A stretch of DNA of 63,093 nucleotides, filler included, from Alcyonidium flabelliforme (taxonomy: Eukaryota): assembly GCA_026167845.1 (NCBI GenBank). It is 32 parts of 32 records of this genome, joined end to end, with 100 filler letters (N's around TTAATTAATTAA, not from the genome) between each part and the next. Parts side by side here need not be neighbours in the genome. Positions count along the whole stretch, not along the records: positions 42,622 to 44,421 come from JAOQFJ010000075.1; positions 44,522 to 46,318 come from JAOQFJ010000076.1; positions 46,419 to 48,215 come from JAOQFJ010000077.1; positions 48,316 to 50,109 come from JAOQFJ010000078.1; positions 50,210 to 52,000 come from JAOQFJ010000079.1; positions 52,101 to 53,871 come from JAOQFJ010000080.1; positions 53,972 to 55,738 come from JAOQFJ010000081.1; positions 55,839 to 57,581 come from JAOQFJ010000082.1; 24 more parts are not named here. One strand, 5' to 3'. Each line of letters opens with the position of its first letter. Within the stretch, counting starts at the first letter, position 1. The translations under genes were made by a program, and so were the position numbers. Shown here piece after piece: positions 42,522 through 55,930 of the stretch. The notes beneath the pieces were generated by a model. It ran no database searches. It was not told where the DNA came from and saw only the letters and a program-made list of their open reading frames with translations.

Positions 42522-45042
42522 NNNNNNNNNNNNNNNNNNNNNNNNNNNNNNNNNNNNNNNNNNNNTTAATTAATTAANNNNNNNNNNNNNNNNNNNNNNN
42601 NNNNNNNNNNNNNNNNNNNNNCATCAGTGGTAATCCTTATAGGCGCCTCCTCGGTAAGAGTGTTTCAAGTAGAAGCACTATTTCTATCCTTGAAAGCGTC
42701 GGCCACGGAAACCGCCTCCGGTACTTGGTAGTAAAGCAGCTCTAGGAATCACTTCGTGTATTCCTAGGATCTACTATCCGGTGAAACGGGGCCACTATAT
42801 CATCATCATCTCCAGGACGATGGATTGGGCATAGCATATCTCAAGACAAGTGGTGATTCCAGAAAAATATTCGATACAGAGTTTGCCTTGGTCTTTTTGC
42901 GATACATCACTTTGCTATACTCGAGGAACATTTTCTTTGCTGCTGTTGATTGGGAAAGTCCCGAACACTTCCACAGGAAGACAAATCCCCATTTTCTGCC
43001 ATTTTTGTTGAGCTTACTGTATTTCTTTGCCAGCTAGCTTAGGGTCTGCTTCCAACTATAAGGCAACCCTTACTGTTCGTTGAACCAAGGCAGCCGATTA
43101 AGAATCGATTCTGAACTGTGAAATCTAACCAAATACCGCCAATGAGTAGGTAACTAACATAGATCAAGTAGGTATTCTCTGTCTGCACATGCTGTTGGTG
43201 TTAAGTAATCTTCATGTTCAACGTTGATGTAAACGTTGATCTGACCCCAGTCACCACCCGTACACCGACAAAGGTGGTTATCCGAGAATACTCGGCAAAT
43301 GGACCAGCACGACACTACCAAGCTATCGTGGACGAGGCCAATGACCCTTGTGCTCCTGGAAGCACAAACGAGACTCCGCCAGTCGCCCATTCTACTGATT
43401 TTACTGTGGCTTTTTGCGCGGCTGAAGCATGACGCAATAACAAGTCCCTAGATATAGGAAATGCATCTCCCTTCCGTATGTTTCTATTCATGACCAACTT
43501 CTGGAGGCAGTGATGGGTCGGCGCCCGTCTGCCTGGGCACTAATTAGAGGGCGAGCGGGGCGAACCACCGAGGCAAAACCCTGCAGGTCCTATAGGTAGA
43601 GAACTACGGAGTACGGCGAAGCACAAAATACTAACTCTAGATACATTTAAGCTAGAGAAAATATTCCTACTTGTCCACATTAGTAAGTTAGTGATTTGAT
43701 ATAGCACCTGCGACCCCGAGAGCTTCAAGGCGGAGACCACGAAGCAGGCCCTAGAGCGCCTCGTAGGCGCAGCTGGACTTGACGCAATTCGAGCATTCCG
43801 AGCTCCCTGTTTATTTACTATATCAAAGACTGGAAGCTTTCAGAGCCACATTTTTGTTTATTACTCTGAGGTGGATTACGTATATGGGTTGGCCAAGTGG
43901 CAGATCCAGGAAATAAAACACTTGCCCAACAATAGATGCGGATGCGGCCCCGGCCCTTAGCGCATTTTGTGTCACTTGCGAGAGTTTCATTTGCTCTGCA
44001 TCTTGATTAGTGTTTAAAACTTCACAAATCCTAGGAGCCAGCCACAAATTACAAACAATGGTGACAAATTCGAAGGCATGGCTTTCAACAGGTCTCAATT
44101 AGTTTAGGCACCCGGGCCCTTCATTTTCTGCTACCAACTAGATCTTTTAAGTGACTGGACATGCCTAGAGGGCTATAAATCTTTCCCCTACCCCTTTCAT
44201 GATATGATAATTTGTGAGCCACTTAATAGTCGAGCAGGCCTTGCGCTCCAGGCAACCTGAGAATTTCTTTCTTTTTCGCAAGTCTACTTTTTTAAACGTC
44301 TGCGAGCTTCTCATTGGTTCTTGACCAAGATCGTTTGGGTTCCCCTTTACATCATCTCAAGCTCTGTCCCTCGAAGCCCGATTGCCGCGATGGGGATAAA
44401 GCCTACCCCTGGCTGTTCAGANNNNNNNNNNNNNNNNNNNNNNNNNNNNNNNNNNNNNNNNNNNNTTAATTAATTAANNNNNNNNNNNNNNNNNNNNNNN
44501 NNNNNNNNNNNNNNNNNNNNNTTTGAACAAGTGACCCCTTCACTTATCATATACATTTTATTGGAGCTGAATCTTGGATCATCATTACAGTAGATATTTT
44601 GGTTAGCACAACTCTAAGGCAGTCTGTTGAATGCAAATTCAGTCTGGCTACAATACACCCCCCCCCCCCCCTCCCATGCCACCAGCCCTTGGCCAGGTTG
44701 TGCCATTCATCCGCAGACCCCTGGGATAAAATTTATATTTATTGGAGTCAGTGGTTGTATGAAAATGATTGCTTTCTACATGCCATGATTCTCACAAGTG
44801 ATATTGCAAGATCTAGTTCCAAAAAATGTCCCTAATCTCATATCCAAGTCCAGGGTGTGTGAGTATTTCAGAAAGCAGGAAAAACCATGAAAAAATCAAA
44901 TTTCCTCATTTTTTTTGAAATGGTTCAAAACATGAAAAAAATCAAATTTGGCAGTTTTCCTTGTAAGGTGTTATTGGTAATAGGCAAAAGTACTAGAAAA
45001 ATGATTTTTTTAAAAATGATGAAAAAACAATGTGCCCTTTAA

Positions 45043-45703
45043 GGCGGTACTAAGGAGATAGGCTGCGGCCAGGGCAATTGGCCAGTGTCTATTTCACAAA
45101 ATAAGGGCGAGTGCTGGATTCGAGGGTCAATCTGAAGTCTACCATAGGTGCTAAGCTTTGGAATGTTACAAATTTATTTTTTTGAATCCCTTGGAAAAAG
45201 AAAAATACTGGCGGTCATGACCTTGACCCTATATTGTTGAGTTTTGGCTTTAGAATCAAAAATGGCTGCTATCGGCGGGATGGTTGAAATTTCAGGCCTT
45301 CAAAACAGGACCCTTCAAACTTGTTAGTTTTGTGGAAAAAAAGTACGTAGAGCATATATTTTTGACTCGATTATTGAAGTCTACTATGTTTTGGCCTTCC
45401 AGGGGTAGGGTCATTTTGACAAACGAATTACGCATTTTGCTATGGTTTTGGGGTGAAAAGTGGGAATTTTGGCTTTTTTTGGTTCAAAATCGTGCTGGTT
45501 GACTAGGGGATCAAGAGACATAAAAATATGAAAATATTACTTTAGAAACTTGATTTTTGGATTTAAGTGAGGGTTATCAACACATGAAACAAAAAAAATT
45601 GCCTTAGTTTTTCAGATTACTTTCAAAATTTTCATTTTTCAGGTAAAACTTGAAGACACTGGTCTCGGCAGCAGAAATCTCAAGCTATCTCCTTAGTACC
45701 GCC
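45043..45703. mobile_element. Kolobok-like MITE, 661 bp
   Basis: 19-bp perfect TIR GGCGGTACTAAGGAGATAG, TTAA on both sides. Confidence 0.85.
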
Positions 45704-46561
45704 TTAAAGACCATACGAGTAAGAAAGTCAGATTTTCAAAGTGCTCATTCAGGGCCAATTTTGTTATAATTGACTGGGCCCATCTCTCTGCTACTCAAAA
45801 ACAAGCATTTCATTCAGTTTTGATTTGAAAATGTTCAAGAAATGTTATAATGTTGAAGCCAGTGTATGGACGAGCAGAGTTATGTGTCCGTAGCTCATTT
45901 TGCCCACTCAGGGCAGTGTTTGGGTCTGCCAAAACTTCATTAACTATGCAAAATAAGATTGATTTGATACAAAATTTCGATTTATGGTTAAAAATCAGAC
46001 ATTCCTTTGTGTTCATTTTTTCTAAAGTGGACCATTGAAGGGAAAATGTCCCATCTTTTTAGAGGAAGTCATAAGGCTAGGGCCGGCAAGGCTGATGCAC
46101 TTTTCTAGCATTCTTGGTCCATTTTGCATTATTTGTGACACATTAACATGTTTTATTTTCTTCTTTTCAGTCGCTTACTTGGGCCAATACAAATTAACAG
46201 ACAACAAGACTGCATTGAGACAGTAAAAAGCATATCTGGTCTCTGGTAATGTCAGAATACCAAGCACACCAGGTATGAAGCCAATATTGACACTTGAAAG
46301 CATAGATGGCTGTCAGTTNNNNNNNNNNNNNNNNNNNNNNNNNNNNNNNNNNNNNNNNNNNNTTAATTAATTAANNNNNNNNNNNNNNNNNNNNNNNNNN
46401 NNNNNNNNNNNNNNNNNNATCACAGCTTGATAGAACGCTTCGTAAAAGCATGATATGAACGCTCATTAGAAGGCGAGGACGAGCAGTTTTAATCAATTTT
46501 TAAAATTCACGATAACGAATCGTCAAAAACGGCCTTTATAATTATTGATGGCGGCTTTTAG

Positions 46562-46824
46562 AATTTGACGATGACTAGCGCTTGATGATTTTTTAGCACC
46601 AGCCATTATTAATTTTTAATGATATGACAAATTTAGTTCGTTATTTCAAAAAGATTATCAAACGATGTTGTTGTTATGTTTTTTTACGAGCTGTTGTAAA
46701 ACAACTTATGCAACAATATCAAATGATAATCCTTTTGAAATAACAAACTAAATTCGGCACATAGATAAAAATTTGTAATTGCTCATTGCTAAAAATTAAC
46801 ATCAGTGCTAGCAATCGTCAAATT
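46562..46824. repeat. Degenerate foldback element
   Basis: AATTTGACGAT / ATCGTCAAATT ends with about 100 bp of imperfect arm complementarity. Confidence 0.65.
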
Positions 46825-47461
46825 GAAAAATATCCAAGTATAAATATAGTATAATTACAGAATAAAAACAATGTTAAAATTCTGATATGGCTTACCGATT
46901 AAAAACATATAAAAGACGAACATATTAAGAATAAAATATGTTATAATAAAAACAACAGTTAACGTAAGAGTCATTTTTTTTCATATACTCAAATAATTTA
47001 CAAAACTAATACATCTTATTGTTCTGACAATTGACAAGTAATATTTTCGTATAATCATTTATGTCTCTGAATTCCGGCTATAACGTCAAGTCCCGATAAA
47101 CAATTTCCGTTGCGGCGTTCTCGCTATTTACTTTATCATCACAAATGCGCATTCCCAACGATGAGACTGTCTAAACATTTTCGTAATGTTCCCCAAACGT
47201 CTTCCACACTTTTTATAACAGCCGATAATGTCTTGAATAAATGTCGGTTCTCTTCCTGATAGTTGCGCTAGCCGACTTTACACCTTCTCTCCTTTTCCCG
47301 TTGGCGACGCAATTAAGACAGACTCTTTCCTTAGAGTTTATTCTAGATTGTTGTCTGAAAATAAAGCAAAAACATTTGTTATTGGACAGACAAAATTACA
47401 TCGCTGCATCAAGCAAAAAACAGTCGTGTTTTTAACCAGTTACATTCTATTAAAATATAGT

Positions 47462-47662
47462 AAGTCAAGAGAAAAACCAGAAGTAAACAGCAAAATGATA
47501 GCGACATTTCGAAAACAAATGAATTCTTTTCAAAATGAAGTAACTGTAAAAATATAACAATGAAATAACTTCATTGTTAAATCTTACAGTTCTTCAAAAA
47601 TTCCGTTGTATTCGAAACATCACTATAAATTTGCTGTTATTTTCAGGTTTTTCTCTTCACTT
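47462..47662. repeat. Degenerate palindromic element
   Basis: AAGAGAAAAACC / GGTTTTTCTCTT ends; centre TAACAATGAA / TTCATTGTTA. Confidence 0.65.
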
Positions 47663-48065
47663 CACTTACAATAAGTAATAGTATACGATTTTCACTGCAC
47701 TCATGGATATTGGGCTTGATAATTGTATCTTTTATGCCAATTGATTATCTTGACAGGCCACATTTTAATTCTCAAAAAAACGAACATGTTCACGATCGGT
47801 ATCGTGTTACAAAAATCATGCTAGACGGGTATGCTGAAATCGGTTATAAGATTTGGCATCGAAATAACTAATTTTAAAGACAATGCTCTTCCCAGTGGTA
47901 GCCTACTGATAACAGCAGACCATAGCACCCTTACAGAAGCAAGCTAATCAAGTACACAATAGGAGTTATTATTAATGTGTTGTGTTGTTCTCATTTTGTA
48001 TTATTGTGTTTATTTTAGTATCTGTCAGTGTTTACTTTTTTATTTATATCTTATGTGTACTGATC

Positions 48066-48125
48066 AGAAGGCTTCTGTGATTGCTGTCTTTTCATAGAAG
48101 GCTTCTGTGATTGCTGTCTTTTCAT
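48066..48125 (+). repeat. Perfect 30-bp tandem duplication
   Basis: AGAAGGCTTCTGTGATTGCTGTCTTTTCAT x2. Confidence 0.9.
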
Positions 48126-48315
48126 GTAAAAATGTTCATCACTCACAAAAGCCTCGATGCAAAGGTTATTTTACTGCCATCTACAATGATTCCTTTTCAG
48201 GCCGTTTCCAGCATANNNNNNNNNNNNNNNNNNNNNNNNNNNNNNNNNNNNNNNNNNNNTTAATTAATTAANNNNNNNNNNNNNNNNNNNNNNNNNNNNN
48301 NNNNNNNNNNNNNNN

Positions 48316-50109
48316 TTTTCTCGAAGCCAGTGTCGGTTGATATCAACATGGCGGAGCTTCGTTGTCATTTGGGCGTCTTCTTTTGTCAGGAGACCAATCG
48401 TTTGTCGATTGTCACAGTGGATAACGATTGGGCATTCAGGTTCAAAGTGGATAGTATCAAACAGGCGAATCCACCAGAACAAGTGCTTCCCAGCATCAGC
48501 AAGGGCAAGGAGTTCTGCTTCAGTAGAGGAAGTGGTAACAGTCATTTGTTTCCCAGATTTCCAATCAACGGCGGCTCCAAAAAGCTTGCAAAGATAGCCA
48601 GCAGTGCTCTTTCGGTCAATATTATCACCAAACGCGGCATCACTAGCCATCAAGAAGATTTCTTCATCATCAGGGCTAGATCCAAATTCAAGTGCATAGT
48701 GGCGTGTTGAGTAAAGGTAAATAATCACCCTATCAGCAGCATCCCGGTGCTTAATCGCGGGGTTTATCAGGTATTCAGAGAGTTTGCTTGAGGCAAACGC
48801 AACATCAGGTCGTGTAATCACAGCAGCATAGATAATTGATCCTACTCGGCGTTGGTAGGCATGGATCTCATTCGGGCTTGCTTTGTCAGGGTTCGGTGTT
48901 AAGCTTTCAACTGAGATGGGCGTATTCCGGGCAGTTCGATCAGTCAGGTCAAAGCGATTCGCTATCTTCTCAATATAGGAGTCCTGGCAGAGCCAGAGCT
49001 TCCTAGCAGATCGATCCCTAATGATGCGGATTCCAAGGTACCATTCAGCCTCTCCTTCATCACGGAATTCATATTGTTTCTTCAGCTCAGTAGCTATCTG
49101 GTTGAATCGGTGTTGTCTTTTCTTGTCATACACAAACAGGATATCATCCACAAAAACCATGGCGACTAGATTGTCATCAGTGAACAGGCATGGATCCTCT
49201 GGAACAGGCTGAAGTCCAAGGTCTTTCATTGTCTTCGTGAATTCTTTCTGCCATAGTCGTGGGGATCTTCGTAGTCCATACAGTGCCCGGTTGAGTCGTA
49301 GAACAACTCCAGGTTGTTTATACCCATCTGGTAGCTCGACATACACAATCTCATCCAGTTCAGAATTCAGGAAGGCATTCACAGCATCAAGCTGGTGAGT
49401 CTCAAGGTCAAATTGCGCGGTAATTGACATCATTGTTCGGAAAGACTTAGCTGCCAGGGTGGCTGCTCGGGTGTCATCAAAGCTCATCTCTTGGAGATCA
49501 CCTCGTACGCAGATACGGGCTTTGAACTTCATCAAGTATCCATCTTCATTGAACTTTTAGTCATATACCCATCGGAGTGGTAGGGTCTTGGTGTCTTGTT
49601 GTCTTGGTATCTCCTGAAAAGTTTCTTTTGATCGTACGCCATTCATTTCAACATCCATAGCTTTTTCCCATTCTTTTTGGTAAGAATGGCGGAGCATTTC
49701 TCGGTAATTCTGTGGTGGATTTGGCAGAGTGCTTCGGTGCAGTTGATTCTTTGTTCGATCCATCAAGCCTATCTGGAAGGCTGTTCGGAGAGTTGTCATG
49801 CGGTCAGGATGCTTCTCCAATTGAGCAAGGTATATAGATCGTCGTTCATTATTGGCTTTCCGTTGTCGTTTTCCAGGAATGATATTCCCTTGATCAATAT
49901 TCAGTCGTACTTCTTGAGAAGGATGAGGCTGGGGTTCTGTCCCTGTTCCTTCTGCATTCTCTTGAGGTATATCGTCCAAGTCTTCATTGATAAATGATCC
50001 TGGAAGGACCGATCCTTCATCATTGGCGGTTGACTGTTCACTGGTTGAACGATAGTCATTTCTCAATTGTTGGTTGTTGACAGCTGGTCGTTCATCATAG
50101 CCACTATTA
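48316..50109 (-). mobile_element. Ty1/copia LTR retrotransposon pol (RT + RNase H) with one in-frame TAA at 49557-49559
   Basis: KFKARICVRG, QLDAVNAFLN, LYGLRRSP, FVDD, TRPD, SSTEAE, DNRQ. Confidence 0.92.
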
Positions 50110-51466
50110 NNNNNNNNNNNNNNNNNNNNNNNNNNNNNNNNNNNNNNNNNNNNTTAATTAATTAANNNNNNNNNNNNNNNNNNNNNNNNNNNNNNNNNNN
50201 NNNNNNNNNAGTACCAAGAACTTGGCCACAAAAGTCAAGACGAGTAGCAAGAATTTGTAGCCTTTCCCTGAGGATTTTCGAGCACGGAAATTGCTCCTCA
50301 AGATGAGGAACGAGTTTTAAAATAATATCAAGATGAGGAGTAATTTTAACTAGTTGCCAAATACTGTTATGTAGATGTATTCTTACCCTCTCCTCTTGTC
50401 CAGCAGTCCTGGCCTGCAGACTGTACAAGTGTAGAAACCATCCTCCCAGTATCAGCAGAGAGGGAAACTCATATTATAAAGAAGAGCCGATAGTCCGATG
50501 TTATCACTCCAGTAGTAAAGACCAAGTTATACTGTATGAGGAGTCTATCGGCAAAGTCTATAGGAGTTATCCCTTATTCTACCGGAAGAGCGTACCCGCA
50601 GACTATGGCTGTATACAATAATAATAATATATGAACGGTTTGAAGTTGTAACAGCCGCGGGTGGCATACATCCTATAACAGTAACTTATGCCATTAATCT
50701 GTATGCTAGGTAGCTTGCTGGGCATGTTACCCAGTAGCCAGCGAGCTGCCTTCTCTGAGATCCATTGTTATAACCAGCTATATTAAATAATTGCCATGTC
50801 TACCAAGCTGTTATACATGTGATTCATAATCCCTTCAGTTCTGTGATATTGCTTGTATTGCGCAGTCCATACTGATAAGTACTCCGTATCACCTAACTCT
50901 ACCTTACAATATTATACCTTGATATTGCCATCTTCTACTGTAGCTGTATCTGTTCTCCTGGGGCAATAAACCATTATATTACCTGGTTGGCCCCGCCAAT
51001 ATTCCTCTATTCTCTGTGTAAACTGTCTTGTCACAATAACAACAAAGTGCAAGTAGCAACTGAAATCAGGAGTGTCCTTCTACACTTCATTGGAGGCAGC
51101 AGTGGCGATACATGTAAGTTTGTACAATAATAGTAGATAGGAATTCTTGTCCAAACATCTGTTTCTAGCTATCTCTGAATAGTTGGGATTTTTGTGGAGG
51201 CATTAATTCTAACTCTTTCTACTTTTTGTGCAACTTCTTGTAATCGAGTCCACGTTGATTTCTGTTGTTTCGGAGTAGTATTTCTCGACCTACTGTTCGT
51301 TTCGCCCTTCTTAGTGGTCGGGTTAGCTACGTCAGTTTGTCATTGAAATGGAAATCTTTTTACCTCTTACTTAGTAAGGGAGACCTCTCACCAGGTTTAT
51401 TAAGATAAATACATTTGCACTGAGTCGCAACTCTCGCAAGAGAGAACTGCCAAGGCTTACGTTAAA

Positions 51467-52000
51467 ATGTATAACTCCGACAGCCAGAGAGTGCCAAGGA
51501 ATGGCGAGAGAATTACAGCTGAGCCAGACTTCGACTCATTACAGTCGCACCCGTACTCACATAGTTGCCAGGTCGTGAGCTACTCTTTAGTAAGAGATAG
51601 CACGATCTCCGGCTTTGAAAGTGTTCTCGAGACGGAACGTTGCAGATTACTGCGTATTTCCCAGTCTGTGTTCCACAGTGAAGGAGGTCAGTCATTGTCG
51701 AGTCGGACTAGGGAGATGGCTAGTCCGGCAGTAGCAACCGCACGACCTAGGAGCGCCATCTCAGGCAAATATAGCGACTTATTGTCGAGGCGCGCTGGCG
51801 AGGTAGCCAGTGCGTCGGTTCCAATAAGGGGTGCTGCGCAACCTACCTCGAGAGGCGAGATTTTGTCGAGTCAGAGTGACTGGGTCACCATTTCGACGGC
51901 AGCAACATCTGTTTCGCCACCACCGACCATGCCAAGACTCGACCTAGCGTCTAGAGGCAATTTGGAGGAAAGCTTGTCCTTGGACAACTGCCTTACATTG
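51467..52000 (+). CDS. Low-complexity ORF related to 16272-16879 (repeat family; partial)
   Basis: Shared AGTCGGACTAGGGAGATRGCTAGT. Confidence 0.25.
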
Positions 52001-52100
52001 NNNNNNNNNNNNNNNNNNNNNNNNNNNNNNNNNNNNNNNNNNNNTTAATTAATTAANNNNNNNNNNNNNNNNNNNNNNNNNNNNNNNNNNNNNNNNNNNN

Positions 52101-53871
52101 CGGCGGAAGCGCCTACAGGTTATGAGCAGACACCTGATTCGTTTGATCCTAATTATAGTGTGATGTTTAACATTCGTCTGCAAGATGGGGGGCAAACTCT
52201 AACTAGTAGAATAAATATCGAAGTAGACCCTGTTGCTGATGCGCCTATTATCGTTATTGACGCGGCTGAAGTTGATATCGTTGATGGTGTTTATACAAAC
52301 GATGTTAAAGAAGATTCATCGACTCAGCTTGGCTTTATAGCACCAATCATTGGTGATAATGGCGGTGAGGCCAGTACGGATTTAAGTATCTATGATGATC
52401 CAGTTTATGGTGATGATTATATTAATGGCACTAAGAGCGAGAATGATGACAATACAAACGGTGGATCTGTTGATCGTAGCGAACGTTTTGGGGCGATTAC
52501 ATTAAGCGGATTTCCTGATGGTGTTCAGCTATTTTACACTGATGTCAATGGCGTTCAGGACATCAGTGATAGAATTGGAGAAGATGGTACGATCACGTTT
52601 AAACTCACCGATGGTACTCACATTAACAATGAGTTTACGGCTGATGTTGAGAATATGACAAGTGCTGATTTTGAATCATTAATCGTCTCTAACCCAGATC
52701 AAAATGCCACTAACTTTACAGTAACCATGAGTGTCACTGAGTATGAAGTTGATGAAAATGGCATCCCTTATCCGCTAGAGCCTAATGACTCCAGTAGTGC
52801 TGATCCTGATGGTAGCTTGATAGGAGAAACCACGTCAGTAGATATACTCATCGATGTGCAAGCGGTGACAGATGCATCGATTATTGATTTAGTAGAGCCT
52901 GATACACCGCTCCCGCCTGGTACAACTTCTATCACTCTATCAGACGACCCCAACAATGGCATTGATAAAAACGATACGATCAATGCGGTTATCGACGAAG
53001 ACAGCAGTCTAGATTTGCAGTCTATATTGAATGAAACATTTATAGATGACGATGGCTCAGAGGAGTATTGGTATTCTATTGAAGGGTTCGATGATGCGCT
53101 AAATGGTCAGGTGGTGACGATCAATGGTAACAGCTATACCATAGCTGATGGCACAGTCACTCTTCCAAAAGCGCGAGTGACGGCTAGTGATTTGGACCCA
53201 AGCTTTACGTTTACGCCTCCGAAAGATTTTGCGGGTGTGATTAATGCAACACTTACGCTAAATACGCAAGACACCGATGCTGATTCTGTAGGTATCGCCC
53301 CTGCCATTCAGACCGCCTCTGTGCAATTGAATATAACGGTCAATCCTACCATCGATGTGACAGCTGTGAATCCACAGGCGGGGGCTGAGGATACAGCGAT
53401 TGCATTATTTACAACAAATGCTGTTGGCGATTCAGTTTTTACCATTACTGATCAAAATGGTAGTGGAGAATTCTCCAAAGAAGAATTCTCTAAAATAGGT
53501 ATCTCGCAATCTTCACTAGATGCTAGTGGCGGGACGGTATTGAATGAAAACAATCAAATAGTTGACTTGACTACGCTTGCAACTGAGACGATAGATGGCG
53601 ATATTTACTATATCTTTGGGAATAATCCAAGTGACGTCGCAGGTTTTACCATTAAGCCGCCAGCGCATAGTAGTACTGATATCAGCTTAACCTATTTTGT
53701 AGAGACTACTGATGGTTCAGTCGATAGTGCTAACCCTATTACTGAAAATGAAACCTTTGATGTCACTATTAAGGTCACTCCAGTGGCTGAGAGGGCTGAT
53801 ATCGATAGCGATGGTGACAATAGCAATGATGTCACTCTCAACCCAGACCATACCTATAGCGCACTAGTATT
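52101..53871 (+). CDS. Fragment of a giant repetitive adhesin (cadherin/Ig-like repeats)
   Basis: VDPVADAP, DGSE, FTPPKDFAG, GAEDTAIAL, VTPVAE. Confidence 0.82.
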
Positions 53872-55838
53872 NNNNNNNNNNNNNNNNNNNNNNNNNNNNN
53901 NNNNNNNNNNNNNNNTTAATTAATTAANNNNNNNNNNNNNNNNNNNNNNNNNNNNNNNNNNNNNNNNNNNNGTAAGATGTGATTCTGGCGAATTCTTCGC
54001 CTCAGAATGTTCACCTACTTTTTCACCCATCGATATGTGACCGGGTTCGGTCACGTTTATGTGTCTATATCATTATATGTGGTAACCTAAACGATAGAAC
54101 TGCTAATTTTGGAGACTTTGTAAATAGCGATGAAGATATAAATTTGATTGATCGCATTTCTATATTTGCGAGGGTAAGGCTTTGAGCTCGGTAGCCAGAT
54201 GAAAGATACTATTAGGCAACGGGTTTCGATGGCATCCCCTTGGAGTAGCTGTTATTTCAACGCATTCTATCGGGGTTTTTTATCCATGCCATCGGAACGG
54301 ACCTTAGAGGGATAACAGTGCGCTCCATAGAATTGTTATAAATGTGAAATGTTTGTTTCATTGTAAATGTTTTTTGTAATATGGGTCAAAGGCGTTACTA
54401 CACGAATGAAATAAACATCGAATGACCCTGAAATGATTTTAAGCCGTGCACACACCAATATATCAATGACACAATTCGATAAGGACAGGGTAATTAAACC
54501 TTTGCATATCGGGAAAACAAGTTCGGCGACCCATATTCAAATATGAATTTTTAAACCGCAATGAGTTGTTTTACATTACGTTAAAAATTAAACGATTTCT
54601 GACGGGTTTTGACGCGGAGACGTCTGAACTTTAGATGATTTTCCAATTTATCTTCTCATTTTGCTTGATAATATGGTAAAAAGAAATTCAATTCGGAATA
54701 TTTTCGATAACAAACAATTTACAACCACTTTAAACAATATATTTTGATCAAGTTTGGACTAGAATTATTTCAACAAAACGACAATTACATTTAAAATGAA
54801 GTAAGTGTAAAACATACGCTTTTTTGTCGTTTTCAATTGGCTATATCTCAAAATTTCATGCGGCGACCTATAAACAAACATTGTTCATTCGAACCAGAAT
54901 AAATAGTACAGCGGCAAACCTCTCAAAAGTGCTCTAGTTTTCGAGTTTAGGTTACCGGGAATGGCCATCTCCAGTTTTGATACCAATCGAAAGCTACATC
55001 TTTCTAGTTTTCGAATCACCTTGTCGTTTATACGAACCGACTGATTCGTGACGTCACCAGCGTCCCAACGATAGGTGGGTTGAGCTATTAAGAAATCATT
55101 ATCGAATTTGAAATACTCACAAAATCTTGAGTTGTGAAGATAAGATTATTTTTTTAGATCGGTAAATACGAATAAACTGTCTTGTGTCCATATCCAATTG
55201 TGTTACTTTTATATTGGGACAAGCGTCCAAGCTAACGGTCAAACAAAGTATTTGGTTAATTTCATGAAAAAGTAAACGAAAATGTTTTGTGTATGAAACA
55301 GCAGAACAGCTTATGTCAAAAATGAAACCGCAAAAATATAGCAGACTGAATGCGTTAACCGAATTTACCAATAATGGAAGACGCTTTTAAATGTGACGAT
55401 TTCGCGCGCTTTTATGTGAGACTACCTTCAAATAAATGAAATGTTGTTCAATCTTTTAAATGTTATAAAAGTCTATTTGCACAGATTTTTTTTTGTGAAA
55501 TCACGTGCGAATGGAAAAAGTCGGACCACCAAACGCACATGTGATGATCGTGACAGATTCAGAATGGCGGCTCTGGTGGCCATTTTGTGTTTTTATCGTT
55601 TTTTGGCCATATCTCAGTCCCTATTTGACTTAGGATTCTGAAATTTGGTATGCAGGTAGATCTTTCAATTCTCTATCGGAAATGTCTTGTCCGTTTTTCG
55701 CTACCACTTTTCGTTTTCGAGTTATTAATGTTTTTTTCNNNNNNNNNNNNNNNNNNNNNNNNNNNNNNNNNNNNNNNNNNNNTTAATTAATTAANNNNNN
55801 NNNNNNNNNNNNNNNNNNNNNNNNNNNNNNNNNNNNNN

Positions 55839-55930
55839 GCCATCATGCGACGGAGCGTGGCGGTATTCAGGGATTAGGAGAGATAGTTGCTCAGAGGTTC
55901 GGAATACCAGTTACCGTTATTGATATTAAA
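55839..55930 (+). CDS. Nif3/YbgI-family C-terminal fragment (probably chimeric)
   Basis: HHATERGGIQGLGEIVAQRFGIPVTVIDI matches the GHHATE C-terminal motif of the family. Confidence 0.65.

Noticed and set aside
49557..49559. Programmed readthrough in copia pol
   Set aside because: The TAA replaces the usual Tyr of WVxxYK inside RT: a simple nonsense change
54060..54125. LINE APE endonuclease remnant (IIICGNLNDRT)
   Set aside because: Too short and degenerate to call
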